NCBI GenBank assembly: GCA_037443205.1
Contig: JBBIOU010000003.1
Location: forward strand, 71,309 to 135,308
Direction: 5' to 3'
Source of the DNA: Flavobacteriales bacterium
Lineage (GTDB): Bacteria; Bacteroidota; Bacteroidia; Flavobacteriales_D; UBA2798
Length of the DNA: 64,000 nucleotides
Position 1 is the first letter of the stretch, and the number at the start of each line of letters is the position of its first letter. The translations under genes were made by a program, and so were the position numbers. Below the pieces are notes generated by a model, which was not told the DNA's origin, ran no database searches, and saw nothing but the letters and a program-made list of their open reading frames with translations. This document shows positions 18,021 through 28,522 of this stretch, piece by piece.

Positions 18021-18123
18021 TAAAAAAAATATTGTAAGAAATTTGTTACAAAATTTTAGACACCCAACATACAGGGAAAAAGACTGATGACTTTTTTGGC
18101 ATAAAATCACAACAACAGCTAAA

Positions 18124-20961
18124 TTATTCAGCATATTCGTAAGCGTTTATTTTTCCCTTTTTAACTGCCGGCAATCCATCTTTCATCCACACGGGCATAG
18201 GTTTATCTAATAGATAATGATCAAAAAACTGGCGCATACGTATGCTTAAATCTACCTGATTGGGCCTTTTGCGAAGATTGTGCGCATCACCATTGTAATT
18301 GAGCATCCAGCAAGGCTTATCAAGTCTGCGTAATGCCACAAAATACTCAATACCTTGATACCAGGGCACAGCACCATCATTATCATTGTGCATAATCAGC
18401 AAAGGCGTTTGCACTTTATCGGCAAAAAATACAGGGGAGTGTTTAATATATTTTTCTCTGTCTTGCCACAGCGTAACTCCCAAACGGCTTTGCGATTTTT
18501 CGTATTGAAACATTCTGCTTAAGCCGCTTTCCCAGCGTATTCCTCCGTAGGCGCTGGTCATGTTGCTGACCGGAGCACCTGCCATTGCGGCTTTAAACAT
18601 ATTGGTTTGTGTGATGAGCCAGGCTGTTTGATAACCTCCCCAGCTTTGTCCCTGTAAACCCATTCTTGTTTCATCTATAAAGCCTAATGATTTTACATAA
18701 TTAGTGCCGCTTATGATGCAATCGTAAGCGCTTTCACCGGGTTTACCCGCTTCATAGAGTATATCCGGAAAAAATACAACATAGCCGTTGCTTGCGTATT
18801 CGGTAGGGTTGATAACGGATGCTGAGGGACGCGGGGCATAATGGTTATGCAAATTATCGGAATATTTTTCGTAGTAGTAAACCAACAACGGATATTTACG
18901 GGTACTGTCAAAATTTTCAGGTATATAAAGTATGCCTTGTAAATTTTTGCCCTTAGGCGATTTCCAATGGATGAGTTTTGCTTGTACCCAATTAAACTCT
19001 TTTTGTTGCGGATTAATGTCAGAAATTTTTTCTTCGGTTTTAAACTCATCGGTACTAAGCAAGATATCAGGATAAATTATGGCCGTCATTTTTGTATATA
19101 CAGTATGCCCGGATTGACGGGCTTTTGCAATAAAATTCAGTTTATAATTTCCTTCCGTTAATTTATTGAGTTTTTTGTTATCGTCAATTTTATAAAATCC
19201 CGCTTGTTTATTTATTTTGTTAAATGAATGTAGCAGTATGTTTTTTTCGGGGATGTATTTTTCGTCCGGGTTTGTTTTTATATACCTGAATTCTGTATGC
19301 ATTTGTTTTCCGGTAGCTGAGGTAATATTTTCGGGCGAGGAATGATTTTCTAATGAAAACTTCCATATATCAAATTCGGAATAAATGTAAACGTATTTAT
19401 TGTCTTCGCTCCAACCCATCAAGTCATAGGGCGTTTCGTTTGCCGGTTGTCCGTTGTCATCTTCAAAAAAAACTTCTTGTATGTTTTCGTTTAGTTTACG
19501 GTGTTGTTTGGTTAGTATATTATAAACATTCCAACTGTCATCATCCCGTTTATAGTAAACTGCATAATTTCCGTTAGGCGAAATATATATCCCCGAACTA
19601 CTTGCCGTTATTATTTTTTCTTTTTCACCGGTTTGAGTATAAATGATGTAATAATCTGCCTTCCACGGATAATCCCAGGTATAAGTGCGTTGATAAGGTA
19701 ATGTAGATATCCCGATAAGGTGTTTGCTGTCGTCTGTAACGGGCATTCGATAATCGTCAATGTCTTCGTTGCAAAGCTGAACAAATTTGTTTTGCTGCAC
19801 ATGATAAACAGCTAAATAATTTTTCTTTAAATCTTTTTCCAAATCATTTAACTGTTGTGTTTGTAAGCGTTTATCTTGCCAGTTCCAGATGTCAACTTTA
19901 TGTTTTTCATCTTCGGGCAGGGTATCTTTAGTTTCTTTTTCGGGTTTAAGAGCTGTGCCCAGATAAAGCCTTTGTCCATCTTCCGAAAAAAATAATTTAC
20001 AAAATTCACTTACAGAATAATTTGCAGGCATACCGGGGGTTGCGGTATCAACAACTTTACTGCACGAAGTGTTATTTTCGTTCCAATAATATAAATCAAA
20101 CACGCGCGATTTACCGGTATCGGCTGTTGCTAAAAAGGCCAGGTGGTTTCCGGTTTCGCTGAACGTTAAATTTTTTACCGTGCCATTAAACGAAAAAATT
20201 TTATTGCAGGTATGTTTATCCGGAGAGTAAAGCAGGACATAGGCCGAATCGGTTTTATCAACGTTTTTTTGGATAACAAATGCTGCTTTTTCTCCTTTTT
20301 TAGACAATGTATATTCGCTTACATAATTATACTCTATATCATCTCTTGTATCTGTGGTTTTAGGTTTAAAAATATAGGGGTTTATTATTAATAACCTGGT
20401 GCCGTCTGATTTAATTACCGGTTCTTTGGCAGCCGGTTTCTTTTTTCTTTTTTTTGATTTATTTTTTGAATTGCTTGCCGCAGTTGGTTGCGAAGATTTT
20501 ATTTTGTGGTGATGTGCAAAAAAGTATTTTTGTTCATTTACGGCTGCAAACGACTTTATATTTGCCAACTTAATAAATTGCTTATCGGATAGCCGAAAAA
20601 AACCTAATGAGTCTTTGGGCATATCGTCAGGCTTTTTTTTATCAATTTTAGCTTTTCTTACTACCTCATGCTGCGGTTTTATTTTAAAAACCAGGTATTC
20701 GTTTGTGGCAAAAAATTTCGCATCATATGCCCGTACAAGGGTATCGTACGTTTTTTTTGTGGTATTGTATATAATCAACATACCATCTCCTACTTGTGGG
20801 TTTATTTCAAAACATAACCATTTTCCGTCATCCGAAATAATGGTGTTTTTAGAGCTTTTCCATGTATCATAAACCGTGTGGTCTATTTTTTTGAGGCCGG
20901 TTTGTGACCAAACAAATAGCGGAAAAAGAAAAAGTAACTTATAAAAAACCAGTTTTTTCAT
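18124..20961 (-). CDS. S9-family serine peptidase (prolyl oligopeptidase/DPP-like) with N-terminal beta-propeller region
   Basis: 945 aa with a signal peptide. Has the nucleophile elbow GQSWGGY and the downstream ..HNDNDGAVP.. and ..GDAHNL.. triad residues. Confidence 0.85.
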   Translation of the reverse strand: MKKLVFYKLLFLFPLFVWSQTGLKKIDHTVYDTWKSSKNTIISDDGKWLCFEINPQVGDGMLIIYNTTKKTYDTLVRAYDAKFFATNEYLVFKIKPQHEVVRKAKIDKKKPDDMPKDSLGFFRLSDKQFIKLANIKSFAAVNEQKYFFAHHHKIKSSQPTAASNSKNKSKKRKKKPAAKEPVIKSDGTRLLIINPYIFKPKTTDTRDDIEYNYVSEYTLSKKGEKAAFVIQKNVDKTDSAYVLLYSPDKHTCNKIFSFNGTVKNLTFSETGNHLAFLATADTGKSRVFDLYYWNENNTSCSKVVDTATPGMPANYSVSEFCKLFFSEDGQRLYLGTALKPEKETKDTLPEDEKHKVDIWNWQDKRLQTQQLNDLEKDLKKNYLAVYHVQQNKFVQLCNEDIDDYRMPVTDDSKHLIGISTLPYQRTYTWDYPWKADYYIIYTQTGEKEKIITASSSGIYISPNGNYAVYYKRDDDSWNVYNILTKQHRKLNENIQEVFFEDDNGQPANETPYDLMGWSEDNKYVYIYSEFDIWKFSLENHSSPENITSATGKQMHTEFRYIKTNPDEKYIPEKNILLHSFNKINKQAGFYKIDDNKKLNKLTEGNYKLNFIAKARQSGHTVYTKMTAIIYPDILLSTDEFKTEEKISDINPQQKEFNWVQAKLIHWKSPKGKNLQGILYIPENFDSTRKYPLLVYYYEKYSDNLHNHYAPRPSASVINPTEYASNGYVVFFPDILYEAGKPGESAYDCIISGTNYVKSLGFIDETRMGLQGQSWGGYQTAWLITQTNMFKAAMAGAPVSNMTSAYGGIRWESGLSRMFQYEKSQSRLGVTLWQDREKYIKHSPVFFADKVQTPLLIMHNDNDGAVPWYQGIEYFVALRRLDKPCWMLNYNGDAHNLRKRPNQVDLSIRMRQFFDHYLLDKPMPVWMKDGLPAVKKGKINAYEYAE

Positions 20962-21001
20962 ACACTAAGTTTACTGCAAGGTAAAAAATATACTTAAATC
21001 C

Positions 21002-21050
21002 GGCATTAGAAGTTTAAATAAAGTTCAGTTTTTTAATGTTGAATTTGGGT
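21002..21050. repeat. degenerate arm-only fragment of the mosaic repeat
   Basis: GGCATTAGAAGTTTAAATAAAGTTCAGTTTTTT resembles the arm. AATGTTGAATTTGGGT resembles the inverted arm tip (AATGCTGAATTTGGGT). Confidence 0.4.
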
Positions 21051-21306
21051 AAAAAATTATCAAATTGCTCATATTTAGCAGAAATAATATACAGCCATCA
21101 ACTTATATACCTCGATAAATTAACCCCAAATGTCTCCCACATGCATACGCACACGCTACACGTGGCTAATGTCAATTTTAGGTAAAAGATAACTTATATT
21201 GTACTTTACTTATAAAAGCGATATATGCTCAGCCATACATTGGTTTCAATCTTATTTTATTTGTAAGAACCGCTATTAAAATTTTTGCCAAACGAAAATT
21301 TTAGGT

Positions 21307-23457
21307 TTATTTCACCAGTTCAAAATCAATTTGTCTTTTCAATAAATCCGCTTCTTTCATTCTTATTTTTACTTCGGTTCCTATACGAAAAGTTTTTTTC
21401 ATTTTACGTCCCATAATACTTAATGAACGCTCGTCATAAAAATAATAATCATCGGAAAGGCTGCGCAGGTTTATCATGCCTTCGCATTTGGTTTCTTTGG
21501 TTTCTACGTATATGCCCCATTCAGTTACACCTGTTACAATACCTTCAAATACTTGCCCTTTTCGCTCTTTCATATATTCTACTTGCTTGTATTTAATGGA
21601 AGCGCGTTCTGCATCGGCTGCCTTTTTTTCCATAGCCGAGCAGTGTTTGCATTTTTTATCGAGTTCGTTTTTTGATGCTGAGTTTAAATTGTTTAAATAT
21701 GCATATAAAATGCGGTGTACCATTAAATCGGGATATCTGCGGATGGGCGAAGTAAAATGCGTATAATAATCAAAACCTAAACCGTAATGTCCGATATTGT
21801 TTACATCGTAAATGGCTTTAGCCATAGAGCGAATAGCGTAATTTTGTATAACTTCTGCTTGTTGCGGTTCTTTAACCTGAGCAAGTAATTGATTAAGTGC
21901 CTGTGGTAATGTTTGCAGGGTAAACGATTTCATTTTATAGCCCAGCATTTTTACAAATAAGATGAGTTCTTTTACTTTATCTTCAGATGGCTGGTCGTGT
22001 ATGCGATATACCATGGGCAATAATTTCTTTTTTCCATCGGGCTTACCAAGCAGCGTAGCTACGCCTTTGTTGGCAAGCAGCATAAACTCTTCAATTAGTT
22101 TATGAGCTTCTTTAGATACTTTAGTATAAACCCCTAAGGGTTTTCCATTTTTATCCAATTTAAATTTTACTTCAGTGCTGTGTATTTCAAGTGCACCGTT
22201 TTTCATTCTGTCGGCACGGAGTTTTTGAGCTATTTTATTTAATAAAAGCATTTCTTCGCAAAACGTTCCTTCTTTATTTTCTATTATTTGTTGTGCTTCT
22301 TCATAAGTGAACCGCTTATCAGAGTGTATAATGGTTTTACCATACCACTCTTTATAAATATTTGCTTGTTCATCCATTTCAAAAACTGCCGAAAAGCACA
22401 ATTTATCTTCCTGTGGGCGCAGAGAACATATTTGATTCGATAATATTTCGGGCAGCATGGGTACTACTCTGTCAACCAGGTAAACGGATGTGGCGCGGTT
22501 CATTGCTTCTTCGTCCAGCATACTTCCCGGGGTAACATAATGCGAAACATCCGCAATGTGTATGCCTATTTCATAAATTTTTCGGCCCTGTTGCTCGCGT
22601 AAAAATTTTATTGATAGTGCATCATCAAAATCTTTTGCATCTTCCGGATCAATAGTAAATGTAGGTGTGTTTCTGAAATCTTTGCGCAGCGAAATTTCGT
22701 TTTCGGTAATCCCATCGCTTAATTTATTGGCCGCGTTATTAATTACTTCAGGATATTTATAAGGCAAGCCAAATTCGGCTAATATGGCGTGCATTTCCGC
22801 CTGGTGAGTACCGGCCTGACCTAAAACTTCAATAATTTTACCAAAAGGATTTTGAGCGGATGATGGCCAATCGGTAATTTCTGCAATTACTTTGTCGTTA
22901 TGTTTGGCACCGTTTAGTTTTTCAAGGGGAATGTATAAGTCTATATACATACGCGGATTATCAAATACCACAAATGCGTAGTTTTTAGACACTTCTACCC
23001 TACCTGCAAACTGTGTTATTGCCCGCTTAATAATTTCGGTAACAACACCCTCCGGCTGAGCATTTTTTTTCTTTCGGGTAATTTTTACTCTTACCTCATC
23101 GCCCGGTAATGCCCGGTTTAAATTTTTATGGTGTATAAAAATATCTTCTTGTCCGTGTTCCGTTAGCAAATAACCGGAACCTCTTGCGGTTATTTCAAGC
23201 ACTCCTTCTATTAATTCGTCTGTTATCAATGCTGCATACCTGCCTTTATCAGTTGTTCTGATTTTTTTTTCATCTGCCATCTCTTGCAGCATTTGATTAA
23301 TAATGGAGCGGGTATAACTATCGCTTATATTCAGCGCTGCCGAAATTTGTTTATAATTAAAAGAGCGTTCGTTATTTTCTTGCAAAAATTCTTGTATTGC
23401 TTTGCGTAGCCATTTACGTAATTTTTTCTGTTCTTTGTAGGATGGGTTATTACTCAT
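21307..23457 (-). CDS. rnr: ribonuclease R
   Basis: 716 aa with an N-terminal HTH/OB region, an RNB catalytic domain (..DPEDAKDFDDALS..) and a C-terminal S1 domain. Confidence 0.92.
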   Translation of the reverse strand: MSNNPSYKEQKKLRKWLRKAIQEFLQENNERSFNYKQISAALNISDSYTRSIINQMLQEMADEKKIRTTDKGRYAALITDELIEGVLEITARGSGYLLTEHGQEDIFIHHKNLNRALPGDEVRVKITRKKKNAQPEGVVTEIIKRAITQFAGRVEVSKNYAFVVFDNPRMYIDLYIPLEKLNGAKHNDKVIAEITDWPSSAQNPFGKIIEVLGQAGTHQAEMHAILAEFGLPYKYPEVINNAANKLSDGITENEISLRKDFRNTPTFTIDPEDAKDFDDALSIKFLREQQGRKIYEIGIHIADVSHYVTPGSMLDEEAMNRATSVYLVDRVVPMLPEILSNQICSLRPQEDKLCFSAVFEMDEQANIYKEWYGKTIIHSDKRFTYEEAQQIIENKEGTFCEEMLLLNKIAQKLRADRMKNGALEIHSTEVKFKLDKNGKPLGVYTKVSKEAHKLIEEFMLLANKGVATLLGKPDGKKKLLPMVYRIHDQPSEDKVKELILFVKMLGYKMKSFTLQTLPQALNQLLAQVKEPQQAEVIQNYAIRSMAKAIYDVNNIGHYGLGFDYYTHFTSPIRRYPDLMVHRILYAYLNNLNSASKNELDKKCKHCSAMEKKAADAERASIKYKQVEYMKERKGQVFEGIVTGVTEWGIYVETKETKCEGMINLRSLSDDYYFYDERSLSIMGRKMKKTFRIGTEVKIRMKEADLLKRQIDFELVK

Positions 23458-23540
23458 ATAATTTTAATACCGGATAAATGTATTAATTTAACCTAAGTAA
23501 TTACCAAAATAAAAATTAATTATTAAACAGAGTTATTAAT

Positions 23541-24893
23541 ATGATCGGAAAATCACTTTGGGTTTTATTGGCTGAACTTATCAAACCCGAAAGACATTTA
23601 CTGGCAAATATTTGTAAAAAATCAAAAGACAAAAGACATCATGCGTTATACAAACTATTGCGTAAAACAACCAATGCGGGTTATGATTTTGAAAAAATAA
23701 TATTTGACGCTTGCGCAGATTTGATAAAATCAAAATCATCCCAAGAAAAAAATAAAACCATCAGACGATTTATAGATTTTGCCTGTAAAGAAATTGAAAA
23801 TATTAAAATAAAAAAATTTATCAACAGCAATTTATCCGAAAGAAACTATTTGCTGGGAAAAATTTTTACCCTAAACAATAATACATCCCTAAGTCAATAT
23901 TATTTTAATAAAGCTATTGCCGGTAATAATACAATTTTTGTTGAAGAAAAAAAAGAACAGCAAATGCAAAGTTTGCTAAATAATCTTTCGTTAAGCGACA
24001 ACCAAAGAAGCATAAAAGCCCTGAAAGCACTCGTAATTGAAAAAAACGAACATACACAAAAAATGTATCATGCTTCTTTATCAGGTATTTATGAAAGACT
24101 TTCGTATCTGGCAATGGAAGATACATTTGTAAAAAAAGAAATGAATGATCTGATATTAACTGATGATGAAGTTAATCAGTTGATTTTAGTTTCTGCTAAC
24201 ACCCTTGAGGAATTTAGATACAGACTGGCGCGTTTGCGGTTTTTGTTCTATAACAAAGATTTTAAAAACGATAAAAATAATTTATTGAACCTTTTAAAAA
24301 AATCTAAACTAAATCCCGAAGACAAAATATACATTCAGTCGCAAATACATTATCTGGGTATGCTTGCCGATTTTAATAATTGCCTGGAGGCATCAAAAAT
24401 TAAATATGATATTGACAACCATTCTTCAGATCCTCAAAAGTTTTATTATTATATGCTGCATCTGTTATCGCAATTTGAAAACAATAAAAATGTTTCTTTG
24501 GCAAATTTTAAAGTTAAATTCAGTAATGCTAATAAAGACTTACTGTTGTTTTTACAATTGCTCGAAAATTTTCTGAATAACGATTTTAAAAAATGTATTA
24601 AACCTTGCGGGCAATTAGCTTATTCGGAGCATTTTCATATTATGGCGTGGTCTAAATTGATAGAGATAAAACTACATTTATTAAAACAAAATTACGATTA
24701 CGTAGAAAGTTTAGTATTGCGTTACGCAAAATTTTTAAATCAAAACGAAAGTAAAATTTTCACCCAAACGTCAAATAAAATATGTTTTAAAATACTATCC
24801 GCTTATATCAAAAAAACTAAATTAATTCCATCAGATAAAACCTTCTTTTCATCCTTAACCTGTCTGCATCGGGCTATTGTTAACATGAAATAA
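23541..24893 (+). CDS. hypothetical all-alpha protein (distant paralog of 50231-51784)
   Basis: 450-aa helical/TPR-like composition. The N-terminal ~50 aa align loosely with the 517-aa ORF at 50231-51784. Confidence 0.5.
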   Translation: MIGKSLWVLLAELIKPERHLLANICKKSKDKRHHALYKLLRKTTNAGYDFEKIIFDACADLIKSKSSQEKNKTIRRFIDFACKEIENIKIKKFINSNLSERNYLLGKIFTLNNNTSLSQYYFNKAIAGNNTIFVEEKKEQQMQSLLNNLSLSDNQRSIKALKALVIEKNEHTQKMYHASLSGIYERLSYLAMEDTFVKKEMNDLILTDDEVNQLILVSANTLEEFRYRLARLRFLFYNKDFKNDKNNLLNLLKKSKLNPEDKIYIQSQIHYLGMLADFNNCLEASKIKYDIDNHSSDPQKFYYYMLHLLSQFENNKNVSLANFKVKFSNANKDLLLFLQLLENFLNNDFKKCIKPCGQLAYSEHFHIMAWSKLIEIKLHLLKQNYDYVESLVLRYAKFLNQNESKIFTQTSNKICFKILSAYIKKTKLIPSDKTFFSSLTCLHRAIVNMK

Positions 24894-24905
24894 ATATCAT
24901 GCAAC

Positions 24906-24913
24906 TAAATTTG
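24906..24913 (+). promoter_or_regulatory. -7 promoter box TAAATTTG
   Basis: Lies 29 nt upstream of the ATG at 24943. Confidence 0.4.
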
Positions 24914-24942
24914 ATTTATATTCGTCCTGATAATGAATATTC

Positions 24943-25773
24943 ATGCGCAAACTATCAAAATACATTATCTTTATTTTTTTTGTTATATCTGCGTCTGCCG
25001 GGCGCGGCTTAGCATGCCCGGTAATAGATTCGGTTGTAATTACACCGGCCACTTGTAAATATACATCAGATGCCGCAGTAATAATCTATGCCTCGGGCTC
25101 CGGAACTTTTGAATACAGCATAGATGGTGGTCAGAATTTTACGGCTTCAAACGTTTTTACAGCAGTATCTACAGGCAATTATTGGGTAGTAGTAAGAGCA
25201 AATGCCTGTTCCAATGCTGTTCAGCAAATTACGGTAAGTGATAATTCTTTTTTATCAGCCTCCTTTCAGTTCAGTCAAGATTCAGGCAATGTTCCGCTCA
25301 CAACTACTTTTTTTAATACATCTTTTGGTTCTATAAATTTAATTTGGGATTTTGGCGATGGCTCGCCCCAAATTACCGCCCAGGATACAGTTACCCATAT
25401 TTACACTTCATCCGGCAATTATAATGCGATGCTTATTGTATCTAATGCTAATTGTTCTGATACTTTAATACAACTAATTACGGTTATTGGAGAATCATCG
25501 CTCGTCATACCCAACGTTTTTTCACCCAACGGAGATGAAATCAATGATTTTTTCAGACCTATTTCTTTCGGTATGAAAACATTAGAAGGAAAAATTTTTA
25601 ACAGGTATGGTAATTTAATTTATGAGTGGAAAGGTACCGGAGGAGGTTGGGACGGCTACAACTACCCTATCGGTGTAGAAGCAACAGAAGGTACTTACTA
25701 TTATGTTATTGAAGCCGAGGGTATAGACGGTAAAATTTATAGCGAACACGGAATTTTAACTTTAATTCGTTAA
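24943..25773 (+). CDS. secreted PKD-domain protein with T9SS type B (CHU_C/gliding-motility-associated) C-terminal sorting domain
   Basis: Has a signal peptide, a PKD-like stretch ..GNVPLTTTFFNTS..WDFGDGS.. and the C-terminal hallmark IPNVFSPNGDEINDFF. Confidence 0.8.
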   Translation: MRKLSKYIIFIFFVISASAGRGLACPVIDSVVITPATCKYTSDAAVIIYASGSGTFEYSIDGGQNFTASNVFTAVSTGNYWVVVRANACSNAVQQITVSDNSFLSASFQFSQDSGNVPLTTTFFNTSFGSINLIWDFGDGSPQITAQDTVTHIYTSSGNYNAMLIVSNANCSDTLIQLITVIGESSLVIPNVFSPNGDEINDFFRPISFGMKTLEGKIFNRYGNLIYEWKGTGGGWDGYNYPIGVEATEGTYYYVIEAEGIDGKIYSEHGILTLIR

Positions 25774-25798
25774 CTTTGTGAATTATAAAACATTTGTT

Positions 25799-28375
25799 AT
25801 GAAAATCAAATTGCTTTTTATTGGGTGTTTACTGTATGTAAATGCATTGTATAGCCAAATTACAATCATCAATAACGATACAACTATCTGCTCAGGTAGT
25901 GTAACCTTAAATGCTACTGTTCTAAACGCTTCAAATCCTACAAGTCTTAATTTGAGCGATGATGTTTTTTCGGGGATAATTAACTTGGGATTTACCTTTC
26001 AGTATTATGGTGTAAACTATACGCAATGCCTCATATCATCAAATAATTACATTAACTTTAATTTAACAACACCCAATGGTTTTTCTCCCTGGACCATCAC
26101 TAACCCTGTTCCCGACCCCGCTACGACAGCTATTCATAATTCGGTTTTAGGACCCTGGCAAGATATTAACCCCGGGGTGGGAGGAACCGTTCGTTATGCT
26201 ACCGTAGGAACTGCGCCAAACCGCATTTTTGTGGTTGAATATTGTAATGTTCCAATGTTTAGTTGTACCAATTTGCAATTTTCCAGTCAAATACAATTAC
26301 ACGAAAACGGAAACAAAATTCAAACACACATCATAAATAAGCCGCTTTGTACTACCTGGAACAATGGTCGGGCAATTCACGCAACTCACAACAATGGAGG
26401 CACGCAAGCAACTGTAGTGCCCGGCAGAAATTCACCTTCGCAATGGACAGTAGTAAATGAAGGCCGAGAATTTATATGGAACGGAACAACCTATACCGAA
26501 AGTTTAATCCCCTTTTCTCCGATTATTTTAGGTAATCCCAGTAATATTCAATGGACAGTTGCAGGTAATCCTACGGTAATCGGAACCGGTCCAAGCATCA
26601 CTGTTAGCCCCACTTCTACCACAGCTTATGTGGCATCTGTAACAGGCGGGTGTGCCGGTATACCTTTTACTGATACGGTTGTTATCACCGTAGGTGGCTC
26701 CCTCGATTTAAGTAACGCAGTAGTAACAAATGCAACTTGTACGTCTAATAACGGAAGCATTACCGTTAATCCAACCGGTGGTTCGGGTAATTATACCTAT
26801 TTCTGGAGTCCGGGAGGGCAAACTACACAAACCATTACCAATCTTGCTCCGGGTAACTACACCGTAACAGTTAATGATATTAATAACGGCTGTGTTGGTA
26901 CTGCTACTTTTACAATTACCAATGGTTCGGCTTTTTCTGTAAACATCAGCAATCCGCAGGATGTAACCTGCAACGGAGGAAATAACGGACAAGCAACAGC
27001 CAATGCCGCAGGCGCTATGGGACCGGTAAGTTACAGTTGGAGTCCCGGGGGACAAACCAATCAAACGGCCACCGGCTTAACAGCGGGCACCTACACAGTT
27101 ACAGCCACCGACCAATCTAACGGTTGTACGGCAACAGCTACAGTAACCATCAACGAGCCTGCTGCTGTAACCGGCACCATTACCATAAATAACCAGGTAA
27201 GCTGCAATGGCGGTAATAACGGCTCGGCTACGGTAAATGCCGCAGGCGGCAATGGTACCTATACCTATAACTGGAGCCCTGCCGGAGGAACTGCTGCTAC
27301 AGCCAATAATTTGTCGGCAGGTAATTATACCGTTACTATTACTGACGGCAACGGTTGCACCGGCACAGCCACAACTACTATTACAGAGCCGGCACCATTA
27401 ACCAGTACCATGCAATCTACCAATGTAAGCTGCAACGGAGCCAATAACGGAACTGCTACGGTTACCCCGTCAGGCGGAACAGGCCCTTATACCTATTTCT
27501 GGCCACTGTCCAGCAATACTACCAATACACAAACCGGTATGTTTGCAGGTACCTTTACGGTTACCGTAACCGATGCCAACGGCTGCCAGATTACCGATAC
27601 GGTAGTTATTACTCAACCTGCACCCATACAGGTAAGTTCTACCTCAACTCCGGCCAGTTGCGGCACCTCCAACGGCACAGCTACAGCCAACGTGGTATCG
27701 GGCGGCACAGGCCCCTATAGTTACTCCTGGCCTCAAAGCGGTCAAACAACCCAAACAGCCACAGGATTGCCGGCCGGCCCCAATAACTTTACCGTAACCG
27801 ATGCCAACGGCTGCACCGCCAATGGTGTTGCCAACGTAGGAACCATAAACGACCATGTGGCCGCTGCAACTGCCAACCCAACCAATGGAGTTGTGCCCCT
27901 AACGGTAAACTTTACCAACAACAGCCAAAATACTTCTACCTACTTCTGGGATTTTGGCAACAACTCTACCAGCACGGATGCCAATCCAAGCACTACCTAC
28001 ACCAGCGAAGGTACTTATACGGTTATACTTATTGCAACCAATGCCGGTGGTTGCTCCGATACGGCATATCTGACCATTGTAGTGCTTAACGAATCTTTTT
28101 TACTTGTACCCAATGTGTTCTCGCCCAATGGCGATGGTATAAATGATGAATTTAAAGTGCAATACCAGTACATTACCGAGTTTAACATGACTATTGCAAA
28201 CCGTTGGGGGACCATACTCTACGAAACTGCCAACATAGACCAGGGTTGGGATGGTAAACACAATGGAAATATGTGTGCTGACGGAACTTATTATTACATC
28301 ATTAAAGCCAAAGGTATTGAAGGTAAAGAGTACAACCTGAGCGGACACCTTACCATGTTTACCAAAAAACCCTAA
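25799..28375 (+). CDS. large cell-surface protein: SprB-type repeats + PKD domain + T9SS type B C-terminal sorting domain
   Basis: The ATG at 25799 gives the signal peptide MKIKLLFIGCLLYVNALYSQ (the ORF track starts at GTG 25778). Contains five CNGxNNG...YxWSPGG...TVTVTDxNGC repeats, PKD (VNFTNNS..WDFGNNS) and LVPNVFSPNGDGINDEF. Confidence 0.8.
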   Translation: MKIKLLFIGCLLYVNALYSQITIINNDTTICSGSVTLNATVLNASNPTSLNLSDDVFSGIINLGFTFQYYGVNYTQCLISSNNYINFNLTTPNGFSPWTITNPVPDPATTAIHNSVLGPWQDINPGVGGTVRYATVGTAPNRIFVVEYCNVPMFSCTNLQFSSQIQLHENGNKIQTHIINKPLCTTWNNGRAIHATHNNGGTQATVVPGRNSPSQWTVVNEGREFIWNGTTYTESLIPFSPIILGNPSNIQWTVAGNPTVIGTGPSITVSPTSTTAYVASVTGGCAGIPFTDTVVITVGGSLDLSNAVVTNATCTSNNGSITVNPTGGSGNYTYFWSPGGQTTQTITNLAPGNYTVTVNDINNGCVGTATFTITNGSAFSVNISNPQDVTCNGGNNGQATANAAGAMGPVSYSWSPGGQTNQTATGLTAGTYTVTATDQSNGCTATATVTINEPAAVTGTITINNQVSCNGGNNGSATVNAAGGNGTYTYNWSPAGGTAATANNLSAGNYTVTITDGNGCTGTATTTITEPAPLTSTMQSTNVSCNGANNGTATVTPSGGTGPYTYFWPLSSNTTNTQTGMFAGTFTVTVTDANGCQITDTVVITQPAPIQVSSTSTPASCGTSNGTATANVVSGGTGPYSYSWPQSGQTTQTATGLPAGPNNFTVTDANGCTANGVANVGTINDHVAAATANPTNGVVPLTVNFTNNSQNTSTYFWDFGNNSTSTDANPSTTYTSEGTYTVILIATNAGGCSDTAYLTIVVLNESFLLVPNVFSPNGDGINDEFKVQYQYITEFNMTIANRWGTILYETANIDQGWDGKHNGNMCADGTYYYIIKAKGIEGKEYNLSGHLTMFTKKP
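26700..27850 (+). repeat. coding tandem repeat block (five ~76-aa SprB-type repeats)
   Basis: The repeat periodicity is visible in the translation. The DNA copies are diverged and visibly richer in G+C than the flanks. Confidence 0.7.
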
Positions 28376-28522
28376 TAGTAAAATAAACATATAAAAGCAC
28401 TAAGCCGAGGGGAAGAAAATTCATCCGGCAAAAAATTATATGTTGATGCGCAATACGGATTTATAAAATCAACTTTTAAATGGCTAAATAATGGTGAAGC
28501 TGTACATCAGACATTTTGGGGT

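Noticed and set aside
26708-27856. Minus-strand ORFs (26708-27064, 27644-27856) inside the SprB-repeat block
   Set aside because: These are stop-free antisense frames produced by the G+C-rich, Gly/Thr/Ala/Asn-rich repeats. The sense frame has clear domain architecture.
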